A stretch of 64,000 nucleotides of DNA, taken from NCBI RefSeq assembly GCF_009914755.1, contig NC_060944.1. One strand, given 5' to 3'. Under the pieces are notes generated by a model. The model was given only the letters and a program-made list of their open reading frames with translations, was not told the DNA's origin and did not search any database. Shown here piece after piece: positions 13,746-28,166 of the stretch (position 1 is its first letter; the number at the start of each line of letters is the position of its first letter). This stretch comes from the human T2T-CHM13v2.0 reference genome, Homo sapiens. The translations under genes were made by a program, and so were the position numbers.

Positions 13746-16700
13746 GTATGTTTGCGCTCCCTGACCTCCTGTCTCTTGGGCGGCACCCTCGCTTTGCTCT
13801 CCTTCCATGAGGCTCCTGCCAAAATCAGCCTTCTCCAAGGTGCCAAGCCTCAGCTGGCCCCAGCTCTCCTGAGATGGGCAGAGGGGCAGGGCCGTGGAGG
13901 GGCCGATTCTGCTTGGCTGGGGCTGCTCTGCCTGTGTGCACCTGCTCTGAGCTCTGCTGTTTGCCTCTCCGCTGGGGGCTAGGGGTCGCTGCAGGCTCCT
14001 GCGCTGCTCTTGACCCATCCCCCACCCTCCAGCCTCTCCTGAAGATCCCCGACAGGGCTGTCTGGGCCTGCTTTCTTACTGCCCTAGAGATTTGGGAAAA
14101 GCCCAGAACCGACCAGGGAACGTAAGCCCTGCCGTGGCTCGGCAGGCCACAGGCTGTGCGGCTCTTGCTAAATGAACTGAACGCTGATAATGAAGAGAAA
14201 GCTCCTTCCCCTCCCCTCTCCTGTCACGCTCCAGCTGCTTCTGCCTTGGCCCTGATGCCCTCCCCCCATGCTCATGCCTTCTCTTTGCTGGGCTCACCCG
14301 TTTCTGCTTCTGTACCTCCCTGCCCCTACCTAACACATGGGCAGGGCAGGCCCTGCAGGCACCAGCTATAGCTTGCTGGACAGTCCTGCACAACCAGGCG
14401 CAAGCACCCAGAGGTTTCCAGGGGTCAGTGTCCTCCTGGGGCTGGAGTCAGGGACTGTTACTGCCTTTGGTTTTCATGCCTCCAGTTGTGCTGTGACTCC
14501 TCAGCCTGTGTGACCCTGAGCCATGGGGAGCTCCTCCTGGGCACCGGGGCCGAGCTGAGGCCTTGGAGGAAGGGGGTCCCATTCTTGTCTCCTCAGGTCA
14601 CCTCTCTCCAGGGGTGTCCCTCCCTCCCATAGGCCTCTGTGTTGGGGGCCCTGAATCCAGGTCAACACACCCTGGCTTATTCCATTCTGGGGCCAGACAG
14701 GATCCTGGGCACTGGTGCCTCTAAGATGAGGAAATGAACTTGCTGAAGGCTTCTAGGGACCTTGGCTGGCTCAGACCTGGACAGAAAGCTCTAGGTCTCC
14801 CAGAGCCCCCACCAGCAGCCTTGTCTCTGTTCCCCTCTGGAGGCTGGTCTGGCCCCAGCAGCCAGGAGGAGTGTGTCATGAGGCCCTTCAGTTCCCACAG
14901 AGTGGGGTGCAGCATCTAAGTTTCCTTCCTGGAAGTTAATAGCTTCAACATAAGCATTTTCTGAGGCTGAGATCACCACAGCAGCTGCACACATTGACTT
15001 ATTCATTCATTCTGCCGCCCACTTTGTCTAGTCCTAGAAACCCAGGAAACACTCAGTCCTGCAGCTTCTGGGACTGTCCTCTCTCCCTCTTTCCTTCTTC
15101 TCTTGCCATCTTTCTTGCATTCCTTTTTCCTTTTCCAATTCTGCTTTCTTTTCCGTGATTAGTCTCCATGGTTTTTCCCATTTGGGCCTGAATAATTTAA
15201 GAGGAGAAATGTGGCTGCAGGCACTCAGTGGCCCCAAATGTCACCATGTCCTTTCTGTCCTGTGAAGTGGATGCTTGGGCGGATGAAAGGAGCTTGGCAC
15301 AGTTCGGGCCTGGAGACATGGCCGTCTGGGAGAGTTAGTGCTTTTTTAAGACTAAGAGCCTGTGAAGAACCTTAACGCCAAACTTCTTTAGAAATAACGA
15401 CCAAAAGCCTCCCCTGTGTGAAAGTGAACCGCTCATCAGCATCAGCAGGGTTTGGGCAGGCAGCCACGGCCTCCAGGCTCCTTCAGAAACTCCACTCTCC
15501 CCCAGGGGCCTTTCCATGGGAGGCCACTTCCTTTCCTCCCTCCGACCACTGCATGAGCTTGGGACGATGGTGGTCTCCCCCCGCCACGTGTCCTGGTGTA
15601 CCAACCTCCTTGCTCTCTGCCACCTCCTGTGTGAGGCGGCGTCGGGCACTGGCCCCTCCTGATCAGCCTCGTGGCAGCCATGGGTGACGGTGGCCTTGGG
15701 ACAAACGAGGTTCCTTTCGTGACTTCCCTGTCCGCACCTGGCTGCAGCGACAGTCAGATGATGTGTGTTCTGTGTTTTAAGTGAATCCCAAGGGCGTTCA
15801 CTCTTCCCTCGCATGTGTCTGATGTGGTCAAGGGCTGTGAGGACATGGCCGCCTCGGGCCACTCAGCTCATCTTGTGTTGGGAGTTGAGCTGCAACCACA
15901 CACACCTGCCAGGGCATGACAGGCTTTGTGCAGGGTGAAGAATGCCTGTCCACAGCACGGGGATGGGGCTTAGAGAGGTGAGACCTGGTGTGTATTGCCA
16001 AGGTAGAGGGTGCCCCTCAGACACGGTGTTCCCTTCTGCCCAGATGGGGCACTCAGAAGCAGGTGGTGGGAGGGGTGGATGTGGCTCCAGATTCCTGCAG
16101 CTGACCCTGGGGGTCCACAGAGCCATGAGGGGCATGCAGAGGGGACACCTGCTCCTCTGACTATGTGAGTACTTTCCTCTCTGGGACACAACTCTTGAGA
16201 AAAGCCATTGAATCGGGCCTTAGTGAGGACTGCAGGATGGCCCCCCCTGTGTGTTAGGTACTGCCGGCCCCTTGGGAGTTATACCCCCACCTGAGACTCA
16301 CTCACAGATGCCATCGGGAAGTATCTCCTCTGCTGTTGATGCCACTCACAGTCCAATGCTGTGCTTATCCCCGTTGAGGCCTAGAGCTGCTGTGGGTCTG
16401 TCACTCTGGCCACCTGAGTGGCCACTTGCCCACCGCACTGAACCTGAGCTCTACCTGATGCTTTGCTGCCACTGAGACAAGGAGCTGGAGCCCCAAGTGG
16501 CCACTTGAACAGCTGCCAACCCAGGAAGGAGAGGCAGGCCATCTTCAGTTCTCTTGGCTGGCCAGCAAGGTATCCAATGTGTGGCCCACAGGGCAAGGAT
16601 GAAGGAATGTGAGGCTCCCCAGGAGGGCACCCCAAAAAAACTCCTAGGGGCCGAAGAGAAGGTTGCAAGAGGTGGGGCCAGCCCTGCTGTGCCGCCACAG

Positions 16701-17708
16701 CCCTTTGGGTGCCAGGCTGTGCCCGGCTTCATCTTCCTCCAAGCGAGGAGATGTCCTGTCCCAGTGGCCGGATGTCACATGTGCTGGTGGAAGACTCCGG
16801 TGAGGAAGGGCCAGCAGCATGGAAAGTGAGACGTCCTCCCTGGGGTCTGAGCACCACTGCAAAGTGCCTTTGAGCAGCAGGTGATCTGGACACAAGCACT
16901 GAACTCTTGCCTGGCTCCTGCAGGGTCAGGGGTCAGGAGGGGTGAGGCACAGAGAGCAGGCCTGACGGGGGATGGATCTACCCGCAGAATCAGGTCACCT
17001 CCTCCCACTCTCTAACATCAGCAGGAACTCACATATTTTTTCCTCAGTGGACATTCGGAAGAAAATAACATCCGTGCTTGTAATATTAAAGTGGAATTTT
17101 GTACCACCTTATGTGATACATTCGTCAAATAGTTTTGGGTGTGTAAAGTTGGACTTTTGTGTTTCTCCTCCTTACTCTCTGCTGTAAGCCACTGGCTGTG
17201 TGAACTCTGCAGTCATGCTATACAACAGCCAGGCCTGGCATGGCCAGCGCCATCTGCTCTGCAGCAGGTGTGCAAAAAGGCCTCTGTTCATTTACCAGCC
17301 CATGGTGGCCACGCTTTGTGAGGGCAAGCTCCCAGCCCATCCAAGAAGATGAACTGGTCTTAGGCTGTGCTTCAAGTTATGGCTCAGATATGCTCTGAAT
17401 GCCTTTAGTCCAGACCGGACCCTACAGAAGTCCAAGCTGGGAGCCCTTCGTGTCCTTGGCTGCAGTGGACCCTGTAGGCCTGTCCCAGTGCCCAGGTTTG
17501 GTGTCTGGGTGTAAACCGATGCTGGAGCAGCAGTTGGCTGCTCTCCTCTCAGACTTCCTGGTCTCCCTCGGGGAGACGGGGGAGCAAAGCACTGAACCCC
17601 TGAGATGATCGCATCAGACCCCTGTTGCTGGCAGTCGGCAGCCGGGGTGAACATCGGCGATGCTCCTCTGCGGACAAGGGAATGTGGGTGGGCGCACTCA
17701 AGGGCTGA

Positions 17709-17864
<156 letters not shown>

Positions 17865-18244
17865 TGAGCCTGCCACACCCTCAGGTCCTGGGCCCCAGGG
17901 GTGGGCAGGGAGTCTCTTCCTTATATGAAGATTAGAAGACACTAATGTTGCTGACAGCTAGAGTCCATTCCCATCTCTTTAATCTGAATTGTTGCCATTT
18001 CCAGAACCTGATTAAGTTGTCCTCTGCAGTAAGATAAAAAGACAAGGGGTCAGGGCTAGGGGCTCGTGGTAATGCTTCTCCTTCCCGACCCTGCTGCCTC
18101 GTGTGAAGGCTGTGTCTGTGGATTCTGCTTCTTACAACTGACCCATCGGTTGCCCTCACTCCCTCCCACCCCACCCTGGGGTCACAGAGCTTGAGGGGAG
18201 AGGGTGAGATGAACGGGTGTGAGAAGCTGCGGTTCCAGCACTAA

Positions 18245-18418
<174 letters not shown>

Positions 18419-20616
18419 TAATGTAAAAAAACTCCTACTAGATTCCCTTTTCATTAATACAACGGGTCACCTAACTGACCAACGCCAACTTTCGTTTCTT
18501 TCATTTTTATGGAAGCTCTCATACGCTACACGTTGATACCTGTGAAGATAGGAGCCCTGGATGTCGCGTGGAGGGCATGGGTGCCAGATTTTCTGGGCTT
18601 TTCAGGTCTGGAGTATTTGACGGGGCTGGGAGAGGCAGAGCACCCTTCTACCTATGTCTTAGGGCCACCTGGGAGTGGGCCCCAGGGCCTTGCAACCTGC
18701 AGAATTTGTCTGGCAGGAAAGGTGAGATGCAGGAGTCAAGGAGGAGAAGGTGGTTAGAACAATGTTGAAGCTCCAAATCCCATGTGTCCATCCACCCACA
18801 CACCTGTGCAGAGAGCTGGTAGATTGAGAGAGCCAGGAGGATCTAAACTGGGAGCCAGACACTGTTGGGTGAAGGAAAGAGGACATCTTGGGCCTTAAGT
18901 GACCCAAGTCCTTGAGGAGAAAAGATTCTCCTCTATTGCTCTTCTCACTGGGGCAGGGTGGGGGCTCGTGTGTCTTTGTGGGGCTTATAGGTGAACCCTG
19001 ACTCTGTGTGTTATCCTACTTGGTGGGGGTTTGTGTCCTTACAAGCTTATTCTCCCAATAGGGAACGGGTCCCCTGCACTGCCCACTTTTAGGTGGGGGG
19101 AATGCTTTGCTACAGACTCAGACCAGGTGACCCACTGGCCATTTTGCCCAGGACCGAGGTACTTTCAGAGCTGACATCTGGCAAAATGGGCAGTGGGTTC
19201 CCCAGCAGGTGAGCAGAGTGGAAATGATGGCTCTGGACACCTTGTTGCCCAGGGTTAGGGGCCGGCTCGGTCGGGACGGGGCCCTACTATGCCCGCAGGA
19301 AGCAGGTTGCCCTCGTTGTGTTACCTGCTGGGCCAAGAGCAGCCAGACCTCACGCCCGGGGAGGGGCAACTTGGCCTGAGATTGGGTTGCTCCTCCTGGT
19401 AGTTTGCTCCAGCTGTGCCCAAACACCCGGCCACACTGGAGGAGCCTAATTGACCAACATCACATCCTTCAGACGGGGATGGGCCCACCAGCTGTTTGGT
19501 GTAATAGGCTGTGGCTTGTTTATTTATTTAATTTTTACAATAAAACTGTAATGAATGCTAAATTAACAATGCAAAATTTTGGTTGTTAGTACTATGAAGG
19601 TCGCACACTAAATGCTGAGGTGGATAAAAAGCATTTTGCCCCTGAGAATCCAGGAATTTGCCTATGATCATATAAGTGCAACACCTTTATGGATTTGGCA
19701 AGGATCCTGCTGGCAGGGATATTATAAGTGAATCGTGCTGCATTTGCAAATGATTAAAATCAAGATCAGCATTTTTCAAATTAACCAGGAAAAATGGTTT
19801 TCCTTTCTAATGTGCTGTCAACTGAGCTTTAAAAAAAAACAAGAGTTCTGCAGCCGAGTGGAGACTGTGACTTTCAGAAACACTTCAGCATTTGCAGGAT
19901 AGAGGAAGGTCCTAGAGGCTCCATGGCAGAGGGAACCTGACTACTGAACCCTCCGTTTTACAGGGTTCCTTCCCAGCCATAAACTTTAACTGCACTTGTA
20001 ATTGCCTAGCATATTTAAACAGATGCATATCAAAGCAGAAACTGGAATGGATGCGTCAGGTCATGCTGAGGGATGGGATTTCGTCAGCATGCATGAGCTG
20101 TGATTTGGGGAGCCTGGTGGAACAGGAGTCCTTTTTATGATATCTCCTGCCTGCGCTATTTAAAATTAAGTCACATCAGGCGCTTGGTGGTAAATCCCTT
20201 TGCCACAGCTTTATAACTGGTCATAAAAGTCTTGCGGAGGTTCCAGCATGGGAGTCAAGAGGTGAATGCTCCCCTTGCCCTGCCCACTGTCCCTGGAGGG
20301 GACTTCTGGTCCTGGCCATGTTTCTCATGTCACTGGCACACACGGCTTCTGCCCCCCAACACGTGATAGGAAACACTAGCTCACCCAAGAAGCACAGAGG
20401 CCTCACCAGCTCAGTGCCTGCCCCCACCGCCCCAGCACCTCTCAACATGATGTCCCTGACAGCTTGAAAGTCTCCACACCAGGTTTTGTGAGAAAGAGAA
20501 CATACCTGAAATCTGAAATCCTCTCCATGTATGCGATTCAAGGGAACAAAAACAGTTTCCCTTGATGAAGGGGAGTAGTGTTTTGCAAGAAAGGGAGTGA
20601 AAATAACTCAGATTTG

Positions 20617-21396
<780 letters not shown>

Positions 21397-22202
21397 TCAC
21401 CCCTACGGCGGGAGCCTCTGCCCCCGCCCCCGCCCCCTGCTACCGTCCTCCCGAGCGCTTCCTGCGCTGACAGTGACTTCCCTGTATGCCCATGAATCTC
21501 CTCGTAAATGGAGCCATGGTGACCTCTCGGGGTCTTGTGTTGCCAGGTAATCAGCACACAGGGAGTGTGTGACAAACGGTAATTTGGATGAGTTTCATTT
21601 ATGAAGAGATAAGAATGAGCCTTGCAGATTGAAGATCTTGTCCTGGGTTTGGCGTGGGTTCCTGGATGACGTGGTCCCTCAGCTCCCCAAGTCCTGGTCC
21701 AGGTCCTTCCCTGAGGCAGTGGGGACAGACACTCAGAGAGGTCATGGGCCTGGGCCCTCTGCGCTGTCCTGTTTGTCTCTGACCCACACTGAGCCCAAGG
21801 CATTTGCCAATCTGAATTTATGTTATTTTCATAAGGGCCTCTATCCCTCTCCTGGAACACCCAGAACGAAGGAAAGGAAAACACCATTTAAGGCCAGCCT
21901 CAGGCACGAGTGATTATGGGTAGCGAGTCTCCCCCACATGAGGTCTGCGTTCTTCCTTCTAGAACATAGATCTCAGTGGTGGCAAAGCTGCAACATCTAT
22001 GGGCATTGCCCCCTGATTGCACTGGCCTCAGTCTGGGAGGCTGTGGGGTGACAGGCCTCTGCTGTCCCTGAGCTCCCCTGCTTAGGGGACCTTGTCATTC
22101 TTTTGTGATCCATAGGCCCCCAGGCCTATGCTTGATGCAAGCTCCCAGGGAGTGGCCTCTAGGTGGTCTCAGCTGACAACATGGCTCCACATTGCTGAGT
22201 GA

Positions 22203-22772
<570 letters not shown>

Positions 22773-23111
22773 TAACTGTGCCTGCAGGTCCTGCCCCTCT
22801 GTGCAGTCAGTAGGGACCCTCGCCTGGGGCCTGGGGCTGAAGCTCCTGAGGGAGGGCCAGACCAGGGCTCCGTGTGACCAGAGTTGCTCAAGGGAAAGGC
22901 CAGGCCACATGGGTAGCGGATGGGGGAGGCTAGCGGGTCTGTTGGTGCCAGGTGATGCTGTGGGTTATGTCTTCGCCATGCGTCTCCCCTCATACGCCAC
23001 CCTTCCACATCCTGATGGAGTCCTTCCTGGCTGGGTGTTATGCTGGACACAGAGGCCACACATGAGCAGAGCCCTGGGTCTGACACTTACGTTCTCTTAA
23101 CAGGCTGACAA

Positions 23112-23222
23112 CTTCTCAGGAAAAGTTTGTCTCCTACACCTTATGCCCTGTCCCTCCCATTCATACCTTCTCAGGAAAAGTTTGTCTCCTACACCTTATG
23201 CCCTGTCCGTCCCATTCATGCC
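23112..23222. repeat. 55-bp direct tandem duplication
   Basis: cttctcaggaaaagtttgtctcctacaccttatgccctgtcc at 23112 and 23167. Confidence 0.95.
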
Positions 23223-23460
23223 TCTTCTTTGAACTCTGGGCAGAGACCCCTGCCTGCCTTGCAAGGGAGCTGGTAACCCCTCTCTGTCAGGCAGTGGGCC
23301 TGGGCAGCATTCACCAACTCTCGCCTGCCCTCCAACACCTGCTCCAGAGCCGAAGGACCTTGCTTCACCAGCCCCACTTCCTGTCTGTGTCCTATGGTGA
23401 CAATGAGTGCCTGGTCCCATCAGAAACCCTGTGTCTGGGCCTAGGGCCAATGCTGACTCT

Positions 23461-24293
23461 TCATTCCCTCCCCTGTCCCTCCCCTCCCCTTCTTCCCTCC
23501 TCCTTCCCCTCCCTTCTCCCTCCTTTCCTCTTCTCCCTCCCTTCCTCCTTCCCTTTCCCTCCCCTCTCCCCTTTCCTCCCCTCTCCCTTCCCCTATCCCT
23601 CCCCCTTTCCTTCTTTCCCCTCCCTTCCCCTTCCCCTCCCCTCTCCTTCCCCTTTCCCTCCTCCCCTCTTCCCTCCCTCTCTCTCCTCCCCCTCCCCTCT
23701 TCCCTCCCCTCCCCCTCCCCTCCCCCTCCCCTCTCCCTCCCCTTCCCCTCCCCTCCCCCTCCCCTCCCCCTCCCCTCCCCCTCCCCTCCCCCTCCCCTCT
23801 CCCTCCCCTTCCCCTCCCCTCTCCCTCCCCTCCCCCTCCCCTCCCCCTCCCCTCCCCCTCCCCTCCCCCTCCCCTCTCCCTCCCCTTCCCCTCCCCTCTC
23901 CCTCCCCTTCCCCTCCCCTCTCCCTCCCCTCCCCCTCCCCTCCCCCTCCCCTCCCCCTCCCCTCTCCCTCCCCTTCCCCTCCCCTCTTCCCTCCCCTCCC
24001 CCTCCCCTCCCCCTCCCCTTCCCCTCCCCTCTCCCTTCCCTTCCTCTCCCCTCTCCCTTCCCTTTTGCCTCCTCTCCCCTCCCCTTCCCCTCCCCTCCCC
24101 TTCCCCTCCCCTCTCCTACCCCTCCCCTCCCTTCCCTCTGCCCACCCCCCACCTCCCCCACTCCCTCCCCACCCCCTCTCCTCCCCTTCTTCCTCTCCCC
24201 TCCCCTCCCCCCTCACCTTCCCCTTCCCTTCCCCCACCTTCCTCCCCTTCTCTTCTTTTTCTTCCCCTCCCCTCCCTTTTCCCTTCCTTCCTC
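23461..24293. repeat. ~830 bp polypyrimidine/polypurine tract (CCCCT/CCCTC-type low complexity)
   Basis: Almost exclusively C/T on the + strand. Confidence 0.97.
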
Positions 24294-25355
24294 CATCTAC
24301 AAGATTAATTAACTCACTCATTCAACAAAAGCATTTGCACCATGTACCAAGCCTTGGAGAGAGAGCAGAGAAAAAAAGGACAACTACCCCTTATCCTTGT
24401 AGAGTGCATTTTGGGCAGAGTAGGTGGGACAGCCTGTAAACAAATAAATACGTAAATTACTTAGTATGGTGAATGGTGGTGCGTGTGCTGGGCAAAAAAG
24501 AAGCAGGGAAGAGGACAAGGAAGTCCTCTTTGAGAAGGAAGTAGCAGCTTGGCCTGAGGTGTCTGGGGCACAAGCCCTCAGCGAAGTGGCTGGAGCTGGG
24601 AACAGCCTGGCCCGCTGGACAAGGTTGGAGGTGCTGAGGGCCTGGAGCCAGGGAGAGGGAGCAAAAGAGATGAGGTAGAAAGTTCTAAGCCAGGGCTTAT
24701 CTGGCTGCCCGCTGGCAAGGACTCAGCTTTCACTGTGAGTGAGGGCCCTGGCAGAAGGCAGAGGAGAGACTAGATCTGGCATGGGCAGCTGGCATGGACA
24801 CAGCTGCAGAAGCCGGGAAGGCCACTAAAGGAGACTACTGCAGCCGGGGTCAGTTGGGCAGAGACTTATGCTGGGCTTCCTAAGGACATCTTACCTTGCC
24901 TCAATCAACCTTTACTTATGGTGTGGATACAATCACTTCATAAATGAAATCATGCTTGAGAATGCACAATTGTAATGCATTTTTCTGCTTGAGTGTCTAT
25001 ATCCGAGGAGTGATCTGTGACTGTCATTATCACCACAGCCTAGAGGGTATCTCAGAGGCAGACGCAGCTAGGATGGGCTCCTCTGGGAGGTCAGGGCTGC
25101 AAAGTACCGGCAAGTGGGTCATGTGGACCTCAGACCCCAGAGGGAGCCCTGCTGAGAGCAACGGTGCCCTGGCCCCCCGAGTATCAGGCAGGGTCAGCTA
25201 TGGCTGTGCCAGATGAGGTGAGCTCTGGAGTGTCCCCTTCCCAGCCTCTGCCCTGCCTAGATGTAGCTTCTTTTTCCCCATAGAACACAGTTTGGCCATA
25301 GGGAGGCCCTCCAGGTCATCTAGGTGAGGTGGAACATGCCTTCTGTTAACCCGTA

Positions 25356-27303
25356 ATGTGTGACCCTGGGCTGGCCGTGGTGGGTGACCCTGGGCTGGCC
25401 GTGGTGGGTGACCCTGGGCTGGCCGTGGTGGGTGACCCTGGGCTGGCTGTGGTATGTGACCCTGGGCTGGCCGTGGTGGGTGACCCTGAGCTGGCTGAGT
25501 GACCCTGGGCTGGCCGTGGTATGTGACCCGGGGCTGGCCGTGGTATGTGACCCTGGGATGGTCATGGTGTGTGACCCGGGGCTGGCCATGGTGGGTGACC
25601 CCGAGCTGGCTGTGGTGGGTGACCCTGGGCTGGCCGTGGTGGGTGACCCTGGGATGGCCGTGGTGGGTGACACTGGGCTGGTGGTGGTGGGTGACCCTTG
25701 GCTGGCCATGGTGGGTGACCCTGGGATGGCTGTGGTGGGTGACCCTGGGATGGCTGTGGTGGGTGACACTGGGCTGGCTGTGGTGGGTGACCCTGGGATG
25801 GTCATGGTGGGTGACCCTGGGCTGGCCATGGTGGTTGATGCTGGGATGGTCATGGTGGGTGACCCTGGGATGGCCGTGGTGGGTGACCCTGGGATGGTCA
25901 TGATGGGTGACCCTGGGCTGGCTGAGTGACCCTGGGCTGGCCGTGGTATGTGACCCGGGGCTGGCCGTGGTATGTGACCCCGGGATGGTCATGGTGTGTG
26001 ACCCGGGGCTGGCCGTGGTATGTGACCCCGGGATGGTCATGGTGTGTGACCCGGGGCTGGCCATGGTGGGTGACCCCGAGCTGGCTGTGGTGGGTGACCC
26101 TGGGCTGGCCGTGGTGGGTGACCCTGGGATGGCCGTTGTGGGTGACACTGGGCTGGTGGTGGTGGGTGACCCTTGGCTGGCCATGGTGGGTGATGCTGGG
26201 ATGGTCATGGTGGGTGACCCTGGGATGGCCGCGGTGGGTGACCCTGGAATGGTCATGATGGGTGACCCTGGGCTGGCTGAGTGACCCTGGGCTGGCCATG
26301 GTATGTGACCCGGGGCTGGCCGTGGTATGTGACCCCGGGATGGTCATGGTGTGTGACCCGGGGCTGGCCATGGTGGGTGACCCCGAGCTGGCTGTGGTGG
26401 GTGACCCTGGGCTGGCCGTGGTGGGTGACCCTGGGATGGCCGTGGTGGGTGACACTGGGCTGGTGGTGGTGGGTGACCCTTGGCTGGCCGTGGTGGGTGA
26501 CCCTTGGCTGGCTGTGGTGGGTGACCCTTGGATGGCTGTGGTGGGTGACCCTGGGATGGCTGTGGTGGGTGACACTGGGCTGGCTGTGGTGGGTGACACT
26601 GGGCTGGCTGTGGTGGGTGACCCTGGGCTGGCCGTGGTGGGTGACGCTGGGATGGTCATGGTGGGTGACCCTGGGATGGCCGCGGTGGGTGACCCTGGGC
26701 TGGCCGCGGTGGGTGACCCTGGGCTGGACGTGGTGGGTGACCCTGGGATGGCCGCGGTGGGTGACCCTGGGCTGGCCGCGGTGGGTGACCCTGGGCTGGC
26801 CGCGGTGGGTGACCCTGGGATGGTCGCGGTGGGTGACCCTGGGCTGGCCGTGGTGGGTGACCCTGGGATGGCCGTGGTGGGTGACCCTGGGCTGGCTGTG
26901 GTGGGTGACCCTGGGATGGTCGCGGTGGGTGACCCTGGGCTGGCCGTGGTGGGTGACCCTGGGATGGCCGTGGTGGGTGACCCTGGGCTGGCTGTGGTGG
27001 GTGACCCTGGGATGGCTGTGGTGGGTGACCCTGGGATGGCGGTGGTGGGTGACCCGGGGCTGGCCGCGGTGGGTGACCCTGGGATGGCCGCGGTGGGTGA
27101 CCCTGGGCTGGCCGCGGTGGGTGACCCTGGGATGGCCGCGGTGGGTGACCCTGGGATGGCCGTGGTGGGTGACCCTGGGCTGGCCGTGGTGGGTGACCCT
27201 GGGATGGTCGTGGTGGGTGACCCGGGGCTGGCCGTGGTATGTGACCCTGGGCTGGCCGTGGTATGTGACCCTGGGATGGTCGTGGTGGGTGACCCTGGGC
27301 TGG
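25356..27303. repeat. Large VNTR, 24-bp unit GGTGGGTGACCCTGGGCTGGCCGT, ~80 copies
   Basis: Direct reading; 8-aa periodic ORFs in several frames. Confidence 0.98.
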
Positions 27304-27310
27304 TGAATGA

Positions 27311-27469
<159 letters not shown>

Positions 27470-28062
27470 TAAGTGAGAGCTGTGCACCTTTTGTGCTGGT
27501 GGGAAGAAGGTTAGGGAGATGAAGCCCCTCCTGGAATGAGTCACGGCAGAGGCAGATCCCTTCACCTAAGCTGACAGCCTTTCGGACCTTGGCTCTGAAG
27601 CTCTTGACACCTGTGTCTGGGGTCCCTGGCCCTGAGGAGGTCATGCCTGCTGTAACCTGCGGCTTTGGTGACCACTGGGATCAGAGTCCAGTGGAGCCCA
27701 TGTGCTGTGAGTTTGTGGAGAGGTGTGGCTCATTCCCCCTTAGGTGAGGAAATTCAGCATTGCCTGAACAAACTTCCATCTTTAATGTAGCATTTAATAC
27801 CTCCCAAAGAGATTTAAGCCTTTCCACCTGCCAGCCAGCTCGGAAGGCAAACTATAAACACTCATCTCACAATTTTCAAGACAGATTTCTCCAGCGCATA
27901 ATGTGGGGTATGAGCCCCAGAGAGAGATGAGCTCGGAAAACCAGGAGGGGAGACCTCTGCTGCACAGGGGGTTTCAGTTCTAGAAAGCAGGCTTCCCCAC
28001 AGCACTTTGGCCCAGGCCTGCCTGAGGCCCAAAGCCACAACTGAGGTTTCTCTCTGGGTCAG

Positions 28063-28166
28063 TGTTGGAGAATGATGAGGAGATCAAGCAGCTGAACCAG
28101 GAGATCCGAGACCTGAACGAGTCCAACTCGGAGATGGAGGCTGCCATGGTGCAGCTGCAGTCCCAG
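28063..28166 (+). CDS. MYT1: MYT1 coding exon, coiled coil
   Basis: ggtcag|TG...CAG|gtaggt; [35 protein letters not shown]. Confidence 0.95.

Noticed and set aside
15380-15665. Possible alternative MYT1 exon after cttctttag (~15391)
   Set aside because: The frame is open for a while, but I found no convincing phase-2 donor to rejoin the next exon.
23196-24439. Pro/Ser-rich and Gly/Arg/Glu-rich ORFs of 242-413 aa
   Set aside because: Artefacts of the C/T low-complexity tract.
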